A stretch of 63,999 bases of DNA, filler included, from Sphacelaria rigidula (Eukaryota): NCBI GenBank assembly GCA_964200075.2. It is 6 parts of 6 records of this genome, joined end to end, with 100 filler letters (N's around TTAATTAATTAA, not from the genome) between each part and the next. Parts side by side here need not be neighbours in the genome. Positions count along the whole stretch, not along the records: positions 42,738 to 53,320 come from CAXNAA020006244.1; positions 53,421 to 63,999 come from CAXNAA020006249.1; 4 more parts are not named here. The stretch is one strand, 5' to 3'. Of the stretch, positions 50,950-63,999 are shown piece by piece. The translations under genes were made by a program, and so were the position numbers. Within the stretch, counting starts at the first letter, position 1. Each line of letters begins with the position of its first letter. The notes under the pieces were generated by a model. That model was not told the DNA's origin, did no database searches, and was given only the letters and a program-made list of their open reading frames with translations.

Positions 50950-52890
50950 ATAATCGCATGCATGATTGGAGCAGTCGCAGAGGACAGGGGATCCTGGATT
51001 GATGACCCTCATCTGAGTGGCCCCTTGCTGTCTGGCTCTTGATGTGGTTTGTTGAGGATCACTCTCCGCGATAATAACAAATGACAAGAAGAAAAGACTT
51101 GTTGAGCACGAGGCCAGTGCTACTGGAGGAGTCCCTCGTGGATAGTCCTCTTGTCCACATCGTCTGGCAGAGGCTACACAATATCGAGGTATTCTTCTGA
51201 CACTCTTCAAGAGAGGTTTGGCTGAGGAGCAGTGGGCTGCAGCTTAGAGCCAATTTCAGCCCGTAGCCAGGAGGAGACAATCTTAAGCGCACAGCAGACG
51301 GGGACGATTCGTGAGCTGGAGGACGTACAAGTCAGGCAAGAGTCTCTCCGTGAAGTGTTTGAAGCATAGACGACATGGCTCAAGCGGCGGCAGCACCGCT
51401 TGTGCTGGGTGAGCCACCACAACCGCCTAGGTATGGCCAAGTGTTGACAGAAGAGGCATCACGCGTTTGTTTCGCAGCATATCTTGAATATATACAGCGT
51501 TTGAATCTCGCTAATGGACAAGGAATTATACAGCATGAGAGAGTAAGCATAGGGCAATTCATTCCTGTCTACATTCACCGCTGTTTCGAAGACATGTACA
51601 AGGACGGTCGGGCTATGACCCCCGATGAATTGCTTGATGCTGTGAAGCAGCATGCCGGGTACACTACAACCGGTGAAAAGCATGACACTGCGCGGGCTGC
51701 AGCAGACCTGCGTAGAGTACTTACGATGAAGCAAAGCGGGCGAAATATATCAGGGATCGTGCTATGATGGTCAGTTCAGATATGGAACGGGGTTTCGGAG
51801 AAAACCTCGTGGTTCAAGCCATGTACCGTGCGGAGGACAGGAGTTGGTTGCCTGGCCCGGCCGAGTCGGTTTCCATAGCTTTGGTGGACGGGATTTCGCC
51901 CCCGGAATTCAAGGCGTATGTTGGAAGTGTACTAACGCATGTTGACTGCTGGAAAAAGAAGCCGACGGTGGTGTTCAAAACCTAGTTGAGGCGGCCGACC
52001 AGTGGAAGTTGATTGAAGCACATGGCCGGCGCTATTCTGAAACAAGTGCAGGTGGTATGCGCCGCAAACAGCAACAACATCAGAAATAGCAGCCGTTCTC
52101 GCGATCGTCGTCCACTCGCGCGTGTTACAAGTGCGGCAACACCGGAAATATGATCAAGGACTGCCCCAAGCCTCGCGCTCAAGGCGCTGCACAGGGCAAT
52201 GCGCGAGATTCATCAAGATCTCGGGGCGGTCCTCACAGTTGACGCGGCCGTGCCAATCAGGGACGCGGGCGCGGCGGCCGCGGTAGCAAGCGATCGGCGG
52301 CGGATGGTGGTTCCTCCGCTGCTGCTTCTTCCACTACGTCATCAGGCGGTGACTCTGGATCTTATGGTTCGTCCGTAGCGGGGCGGACAGTGTACGTGGG
52401 AAATGAAAATACTTCGGTGGGGAGTGCGGGAGCGAATAGCTTGCAACCCTTCCGCCAGGCAGGATCCGTGTCTGGTGCATTCCCTACTGCTGTGACGGCT
52501 GTAACAGCGCCGTCTGCATATTCGGATACTTGGTCTGGTTCGACCGACAATTCGCAGTTATCGATGCCAAGTGCTGGAGGACAGCCCTGGCGCCAGGTGA
52601 CCTGAGGACAGAACAGGGTCCTCCGGCAGGCGTGGTACCTGTCGATCGCAAGGCTGAATGCTTACGCGCAGATTTATCCTTGCCTGGTTCTGTAGCTTCG
52701 TTCATGGCCCGCGTTATTCTGGATTCTGGGTCCGCGCTTGCGTCGATCGGTGTGGGGTTTCTAGAACAGATGTCTTCGCAGTTTGGCGGCGCTCAGCTCC
52801 AGATTCCGTTCGAAAACAAACCGCAAACGGCACAGACCGCCACGGGTGCTCCCGTGACGGTTACACACAAAACAGTGCCAATAAACAGGG
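50950..52890 (+). mobile_element. Degenerate Gypsy-type LTR element: LTR end/PBS, gag, protease
   Basis: …ccacatcg-tctggcag (PBS-like, ~51165); gag from 51375; zinc knuckle remnant CYKCGNTGNMIKDC (~52125-52165) followed by an RG-rich tract; protease ARVILDSGS (~52710). Truncated before RT. Confidence 0.75.
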
Positions 52891-53599
52891 GATTCTATAG
52901 AATGAGGTTGATCAATGAAATGAGGTTTAAAGACCCTGGCCGTTGAATGATGAAAAGCCCTCAGGAGTACCGCACGACAGCGCTGATGTGAAAATGTGGG
53001 GAGGAGTAGGAAGTGCGTCCGTGGTTTCACATGCCGCCCATCCTGGTTAGCTGCGGGCGACGGACCATAACAACGTTTGTTTGAGTGTTGATGATGTTTT
53101 CACTATTGTTTGTCTCGAGGCTCGTGTCCAGACACAAATCTCGGGCGTCAAGTTGCTCGTCAGTGACGTGGTGGGGGGATATCACGGCCAACGCAGTGAT
53201 GTGCCGAGCGGATGATTGGGCGTCCCCTGTCCTGAAGAATTGACGCCCGATGCACAACGTGAATAATTTATTGCACGACTCAACCGTACTGCAGATACTC
53301 GTCGACCTTTCCAATCCGGTNNNNNNNNNNNNNNNNNNNNNNNNNNNNNNNNNNNNNNNNNNNNTTAATTAATTAANNNNNNNNNNNNNNNNNNNNNNNN
53401 NNNNNNNNNNNNNNNNNNNNTTTCTTCTGATATCACCGCGCCCCCCGCCCCCCCCCCCCCCCCCCTCCCCGCCCCTCTTGCGTTCTTACCCCACTCCCCC
53501 CCCCCCCCCCCCCCCTCTCTCTTTTTCAGCAACCTCTTCGTACAGTCCTCGACAAGAAAAGGTTCGTTTTTGTACACATTTTCGCCGGCTAGCAATAGC

Positions 53600-53858
53600 A
53601 ATACTGTAGTCTCTTCTTCACATGTCTCTTCCGTGTGTCGGGATGCCTAGCCAACAATCACCCGAGACGATGCTCCCGTCAGCTTATGAAAGTCTGCTTG
53701 CTAGTCATCCACACCACCGTTCTGCCTCCCCCGACAAATTTACATCCCTTTGTCGTCGGCTCGACATTGGGATTTTTGCATCGAAACCCGAAACTTCATG
53801 GTCATAAATCACGTGGAATCATCTCATGGCGCCATCAATATCAACAGGTTATGAGCCC
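53600..53858 (+). mobile_element. Copia-type LTR 3' end with PBS
   Basis: …tcaaca followed directly by ggttatgagccc (53847-53858), the half-tRNAiMet-type Copia PBS. The left boundary is approximate. Confidence 0.55.
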
Positions 53859-54189
53859 TCCATGAGCACTTGTGGGAATTTTGTACCACCTGGGCAATAT
53901 ATGATCAAAAGTTGCAATCGACGAAAAATGTACTGCGTACACTTTCTTGTCTGTTGCAACTGTTGATCACAAGTTGTCCAGAGCGTAGAATTCCCTCCTT
54001 GTAAATGTGAGACTACCCACGCTCTGCGTATATCAAAGCTGCTTACAGTAGGGAAAGTTGCGGGTGTAAATTGCGGATGTGCGTGTCGACATTTCGGGTG
54101 TGTCGTCGGGAATATTGTTTTCAGTTGATACCCCAGTACCCCCGGAATAGGTGGTATTGTCCGCAGTTCGTTCATTATAGGTAGGTGCC

Positions 54190-54564
54190 AGTCGCTCCGG
54201 TGGCTCAGTTGGTAACCTCGAAACCTTCTGACGGTTGGGTCGTGGGTTCGAATCTCGGTGGAGTCGCACGATCTGGGATTATTTCTCACACCATGCCCAA
54301 CAGTGGATAGAACGACTATGTCGTGGGTACACAAGATTCGACTGCACGGTCGACGAGGGAAAGGGACCGCTCAACCCGCCCTCTCACGATAAATAGCAAG
54401 GCAAGCACCGCAGAAGGAAGGTGAAGTACTGAAACAAAATTAGAAATTAACAGTCTCCTGTGTTGACCTTCCTCCTGTGTAACCCCAGATGATGCGCCCG
54501 CACATACCGAGAGTTTGTAGACTGGCGTCCAGAATGGTCGGAATGACAACACACAACAAACAAC
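54190..54564 (+). mobile_element. SINE family A, full length
   Basis: A box tggctcagttgg, B box ggttcgaatct, full body, CA-rich tail. Confidence 0.9.
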
Positions 54565-55524
54565 CGGTGGATACCCTAGGGTACAACAGCTTTATTTTTT
54601 TTGTTTACCCTTTTTGAAACCGTTGATGGAAGACTGACGATTTACAATTGACGTTTTCATGGGCAAGATAGATTCGGTTGTTGTTCTGTTGCTGTTGATG
54701 ATGCAGCCCACCAAAACGTTGTACCACTCTCAGTTCAAGTATACTTATGTGACAGATTCGTGCACCGAACTCGAAGTGGTGTTTTTTCCGGTGACGAAAG
54801 CTCGCATATGCGAGATTGTACTGCTTTTCGCGAGTTCCAAAAGGGTTAGGTCATACTTTGAACCCTTCTCCTTCGTCGGGATGAGTCGGTCGTCTCGAGA
54901 AATCACCAACCTATCTCTCTCACACGGTGCATGGCACTTTGTACGATAGCGCCTCCCCCCCCAAAACCAGCCGATTAGTGTCACGAAAAAAATGGCCATA
55001 CAGCGCCTGATGTTTGGTTTCAGGCTGCATGAAGTGCCTCGTATGAGCGACACTGTCGTCAACAAAGCTAAGCGTGGGAATTCCGAGGTTGCTCGTTGTG
55101 CTCGGCTTCTTTCATTTCGATATACGCGTAAATTTTGCCTCCCCAAACCAGTCACTTGCTTTTTTGTTTCTTGGTTTTTTTTGTTTGTTTTTTTGGGGGG
55201 GGGGTATCGTAGAAAGTGTCGCATGCGTGACACTTTGATACCGCAGAGTGCATCGAACTACCTCTCCCGTACTGCGTCGACTCTGATCCAATTTCCTTGT
55301 TGTTACTAGGGTGCCGTGTAAACTCGGGATGGTCTTGTTGTTGTTGTTGTTGCTGTCTTCACATTAAAGACCGTTTCTATATCTGTGTGGTACAGTCGTA
55401 CTGGGCATCTGATGCGGACGCCTCCCGTGATCACAGGCTAGCTACCTATGAAAAGGTATGAGGGAATCAAACTAAACCAAAAACATAATAGACCTAGATT
55501 AAAACTCACAAAACGCGATACAAG

Positions 55525-55745
55525 CAAGAGTACTCACGATATTGCATTCCGTAGTAGTCACAAGACCATTGACCTCGCGTCCCTACAAAGCCGGGACACA
55601 GAACGCCGCGTTTTTCACCGGACCAGGTTCGCAATCTATCACCGAGCGCGGAGCGCCGTGATGTCTTCGGCGAGTCGCATAAAGGGTGAGCTGCATCCTG
55701 CTAAGATTGCTCGACCCGAAACCGCGTACTGATTATCTCGCGTAT
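55525..55745 (+). repeat. Dispersed repeat; inverted copy at ~63740-63945
   Basis: cctacaaagccgggac…ttcggcgagtcgcat(a/g)aagggtgagct is present in both orientations. Confidence 0.8.
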
Positions 55746-55870
55746 CGGTAGCAGCCTATAATGAGTTGCCCCATTTTCTGGCGTTTCCACTTCCAGAGAC
55801 AGCCACGGGTTATACACTGCCCCATGGGTGCCTCACAGAACCGTGGGGGTATGTATGGTACCCTACCCTA

Positions 55871-59180
<3,310 letters not shown>

Positions 59181-59379
59181 CTGTAGCGATAAAACATGCA
59201 AGCAGGCATGCGAAAAAAAATACAGGTACCCACAACCCGTTATGCGTTTTTCACTTGTTATTCTTATCGTCATTTCGTACCCGCCGTGCAAAACAAAAGC
59301 GTATCCGAGATTGCAAGGTTATGACTACACGCCTATCTACCCTCCAGGTATCCTCCAGGAAAAAAAGACGTAACTATTT

Positions 59380-59670
59380 TACTCGTGGACAAGGTACGGA
59401 ATGTTTTTTACGATAGATAACAGCCCCCAAACACAAAAAAAACGGATTGCCGGGATAGAATGGAAAGAGTCGTGACTAATTCACTAATGGATTGAGTACG
59501 AAATGTTCTTCACGACAGATAACATCTCCCCCCCCCCCATGTACGAAAAAGACAGATTGTATAGACAGAATGGCAGAATACGTGACTACTTCACTAATGG
59601 ATAAGGTACGGGATATTTTTATCGATAGTGAACACCGCCCAATGCGAAAAAAACGGAATATCGGATAAAA
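59380..59670. repeat. ~110-bp diverged tandem repeat
   Basis: cgtgacta.ttcactaatggat…gtacg at 59471 and 59581, plus a partial third unit. Confidence 0.7.
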
Positions 59671-60635
59671 ATGTCAGTGTTGTGCTCGGTCAAAACAAAT
59701 TATCAGAACCTTTTGTTCACGTAGATTTTTTGCGTTGTAAATGATGACATGGTACTCCCGTTTGCGACTGGGAGTCTGCGCACGTGACCTCGATATGTTC
59801 GTGCCAAACATCAAAACATCCACACCTGGGACAAAAAAAAACACGATGAAAAGCGTACTGCGTACAGTATCGACTAGTGCGTCTATTGCAATAGGCAATA
59901 AATTCTATTTTGTACGCAGTTCGTTCTTTTTACAATGCCATCTATTATCCAAGGTGTGAATGAAAACATCATGAATGAACTGTGAAATAAACTGAAACGC
60001 CTCTCTCTCTCTCTCTCTGTTGTTAAAAAAGTCAACAACTGACGACGTTTGAGGTCAGCATGACATGGTATATGGCGACAAAGGGCGGAGGTTGTCACCA
60101 TTTTGGAATATGACAAACGTGAACACAGTCCACTCTATGAGGATAACCGGTGCAGGGCCAGGCTAGTACTTGGGTGGGGGACAAAGTGGGAAGCCCTGGT
60201 GCTGTTTCCGTGGATACTTCCCTGTCCTTGGCAAAGACCGGCCATTTTTTTCTCGTTTCTTTTATTTATTTGTTGCTGTCTTTTTTTTTGCTTAGTCTAC
60301 TTTGTTGCTCTGTTCCACTTTTTCTGTTGTTTTTTCTTCAGACAGTGTTTCAGTTCTGTTTCGTCTCGGGTACGTTCATCATGTGGATAATGACCACCGC
60401 TGGATGACTACCTAGGGGGTCATTTAGAGTGGATAATGACAACCAATCAATCCATCAATTAAATCTCTTCTAGGCGTTTGACCTTTCTCTTGGCCGATGG
60501 CCTTGCGGTGTTGCTGGTTGTACTCCCGCACATGCTCTACTTTGACCTTGAGTTCCACCGCTTTTGCAGGTTCCTTCCTCTCTCTCACCTCTACTCTCTG
60601 CCTTTTCCTCGCTGTTTCTTTCCTCTCACACAGTG

Positions 60636-60670
<35 letters not shown>

Positions 60671-60770
60671 CTCATCGCACTTTAACTGAGATTCGGCGGA
60701 CTGGAGACAGCGGCCGACGCGGGATGGGAAGGCTGCACCCTTCCCGCGAGACCAACAAGCAAGGCAAGTA
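60636..60770 (-). mobile_element. (ATCA)n-tailed retroposon 3' end
   Basis: (gatt)n tract at 60637-60670 abutting a GC-rich segment, typical of a LINE/SINE tail. Confidence 0.4.
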
Positions 60771-63700
60771 CCGTGATAGACGTGCCGGAGCAAAATCGGA
60801 ACAGAAACGACAGCTCGCTCGTACAGGATAGAATCAATAAAAAAAATCTCCAGGTAGTCATGATCCAGCCGTGTGGTCATCAACCACAAGGTATATGTAG
60901 CCGAGATAAAAAAAAAACAATATGGAAACATTCGCTCAAGAAAAGTGAAGAAAACAGAAAGGTACAAGAGACAAAGACAGTAAGGGAAGAAAATAAAATG
61001 GAAGAAAAAAGCAGGCTTTTGTTTTTTATGCGTTTCCCCCCCCCCAAAAAAACACACGTCTCGTTCAAAAGGGATCATTTTGAAGCGGAAACCCCGGCGA
61101 GGCCTTATACTTACTTGATTTTACTGTGGAACATCGAAAAACAAGAACCCATGATCAATGATAATTATATGCGCGCATAAAAACGAAAGCCTAGAAATAA
61201 GTGCTACTGACTGTATAACAGCAGCATTTGCTGCCTTCGTTCCGTAGGGCTCATGGGTGAGACGCTCATGCCCAAATAATATGGCCCGAAATAGCTACGC
61301 CGCAATCTGCTCCCATGACCTTGTTGTTTTGTTCCGTTTTGGTATAGGTGTATCCGTCGTTTGCACATAGCGTGATCCACCGGAAGCCATACTGTAGGGG
61401 GGCGGTCATTGGTACTTTTTTCGCGTGCTTTCCTTTTCCTTTTCCTTTTCCTTTTGATCTTTCTCTTTCTCTTTCTCTTTTTAATTTTTTCTTTTTCTTT
61501 TTCTTTTTCTTTCCCTTTCCCTATTCCTTTTTCCTTTTTTTTCTGTCGCAACTGACTCCGTTTCTTTCATCGTCTTGTTTTTTCTCGTTTTTTTTTTTTT
61601 TTGCGAGCTTCTCCGTTTTTTTTTTCGTTTGCTCCATCTATCTCGCTTCCACAGCTGGTTCCCTCGGGGATCAGTAAATCTGCACACCTTAGACGATATA
61701 CATGGACAATAGCTACAATGGACGAAAAAAAAGTACCGCGTGAAATATAGGCCTGTTGCAGCTTTTGTCGGATATTGCAGCTTTTCACACATGATTTTAC
61801 AAATTGGGGATGGATTTATTATTGGGGATGAGGACCCGGAGAATTAAAACCTTCGTATCCACACCAAATCTTCGAAATTTGGTTCCACTTCTTCACTTGC
61901 TGGTAGCTATTGACAACTACTACGTGTCATACAAATTCGGATTTCTATAACCGAAACGTTGCGGTCCTTTTTTTGTTCTACTGTTAACCCTTTTTTGTGA
62001 CGTGGTGACCGTACCGCCGTCTCAGCACAAATACGCCGAGCAGTCACAACCATAGCCATTTTCGGTGAAATTACACCCCACAATGAAAGGCCGAAACCCA
62101 ACGACCAGAAGAGTGTAGCACCGCTGCTGGTTGGCCCGAAGACCCGGAAAATCCAACTATGCGTACAGGTCGCTTGCATGCCTGAGCCAACAAAGATCCA
62201 ACGAACATGGGTGAACATCTTGCCGACACACCAGCCCGAACGGCATCATGCGGCGACAATGTCAGACAGTTGCCGGATCTGCAATTTGCGGCTCGGTCAC
62301 AGAGATAGACACCGACCCGATTCCAGATTGGTGGAAGAATGCCTGAATCCGACGGCATAGACTGTACAATCGGGTGTCTTCCTCTGATCGTTGCCGTTGA
62401 GCGCATGTCCCCTGCGGACCAGCGCTCGCAACCGACGGACCACAACCCAAACAACACGTACAGAAAACTGAGTGATCATCCACGGCAGCAAAGGTCAACA
62501 CGCTACACCGCCGCGGAACAATGACAATGCCCCCCACAAATGGTGCCATGCTGCGAGGCCGCGCCGATCATTCACCAAACAGCAAATTATTCATCTTGGC
62601 CCACCCCCACAGAGAAGGAGATTCACGGGCTCTGAGTGATGATATACTAGAGAGTTTCGGGAAACGTGCGAACTTATCCCACAATATATGCGTGCCAACT
62701 TCCAGAGTCTAACTTCAACAGTCAGCGTAACTATTCGCGAATGAATGAATTTGGGTCGAAAACGTGCACCAGCCTGTATTTTATTTGGGGCGGGTACTAG
62801 ATCTGTTTTGGAGTTTTTTTCTCCTTCTCTCCGTTCCATTATCCCTTCCCTCCCCCGTCCGGCGAAAACCCGGCGTGGCCCGTGCCAGATTTGTAGGGAT
62901 GGACCCCCCTATGGGTTTGGCGTCGGTTGGTAACGACCCCGTACAACACGCCTCTCACGGCGTAAGCTAGGCAACCAGGCTACCGGGGGTATTCGACGCT
63001 TGAGTTTTTTTGCGGGAACCATGATGGTGGTCGAGCTAGATCATCTTGTGTGGGGTGGCAGAACCTCGATTCCGCGCAATCATAGTACGTGGTGTTTAAA
63101 TTGTGAGACACCCATGACGCACTGTGTAAGCCGTGGCTGTCTGTGGAAGTGGCGATACCAGAAAATGAAGCGACTCGTTGGAGGCTGCCATCCAAATGCA
63201 AGATAACACGGTTAGGACGACTAAACTCGTGATTCAACTCATAGAATCATTCCAAAGAATAAATCATACGATTCGTACATCATTTGTAATTTATACAGCT
63301 TTTCAGCTCGTGCGTCGTGCAGTACATGTCAAAGGTACCTGTTTTCTACCTTCCGTGAATACCGGGGTAAACAATGGGCACATATTCATCCCCTGCACTG
63401 CAATTTGAATGAATCGATTGTACATGCCACGCACTTCCCACCATCATGAGGCGGGAAGGTCATGTACAACTTTCTTATCCGAATCGTTCGAAGTGAGCGT
63501 CCGTATATTCTTCCCACCTTCGGGTTAATGCGGGACCAACAATTTATAGAAGTTGAATATTGTCCGTACATGGGCCCTGGATCACGCGCACTTTTCTCCC
63601 AGCTGCAACGCGCGCAAGATGCCTGCGCTGCATATGTATTATCCACCCTCGACTCAGCGGGACCAACAATTTATACAGGTTGACTCCTATCATTTCATGA

Positions 63701-63965
63701 GGAGTCAACTCGTATGGACTCTGATTCGTCCTAACCGTGCAAGATAATCGGTAGGCTTCGCGCCGAACAATCTTGTTGGGATGTAGCTCACCCTTCATGC
63801 GACTCGCCGAACACATCCCGGCGCTTCGCGCTTGGTAAATGAGTGCGAGTCTGGTTTGACGACAACCCGGCGTGCTCCGTCCCGGCTTTGTAGGAATGCC
63901 AGGTCAACGGCCATGTGACTACGGCATGCAAGATCATGAGTACAACCCCCCCCCCCCCCCCCCCC

Positions 63966-63999
<34 letters not shown>

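Noticed and set aside
54190..54270. tRNA gene (also 11520, 12916, 36760-36832)
   Set aside because: There is no proper cloverleaf, and each continues into a shared repeat body, so these are SINE heads.
61204..61792. Lys/Arg- or Phe-rich ORFs
   Set aside because: They are translations of a T/C-rich simple repeat.
61907..62549. gyrA targeting-peptide exon
   Set aside because: I could not find a frame with a convincing signal peptide and a compatible donor site.
63946..63999. Functional G-quadruplex/poly-C tracts (also 10686-10766, 53460-53515)
   Set aside because: Homopolymers at contig ends are unreliable sequence.

Overview
This window is not one locus. It is six unrelated ~10.58-kb contigs sorted by length and joined by an artificial 100-nt linker (44N-TTAATTAATTAA-44N). 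The DNA is from an intron-rich, repeat-rich eukaryote; a brown alga or other stramenopile is my inference, not a result. Supported content: (1) an intron-containing PIF/Harbinger transposase; (2) a degenerate Ty3/Gypsy element whose integrase ends in a chromodomain plus a candidate second PWWP/Tudor-like domain; (3) a degenerate Ty1/Copia element and a second Gypsy gag-protease remnant; (4) two tRNA-derived SINE families; (5) many MITE families with readable TIRs/TSDs (Sola2-like, Tourist-like, hAT/P-like, piggyBac-like with TCAA targets, telomere-repeat-containing); (6) two higher-order minisatellites sharing an ACTCGAGTCA core; (7) three spliced exons of a nuclear-encoded DNA gyrase A. I found no CRISPR array or convincing new multi-gene system. 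The best leads are the dual chromatin-reader integrase tail and the unusual TE structures.
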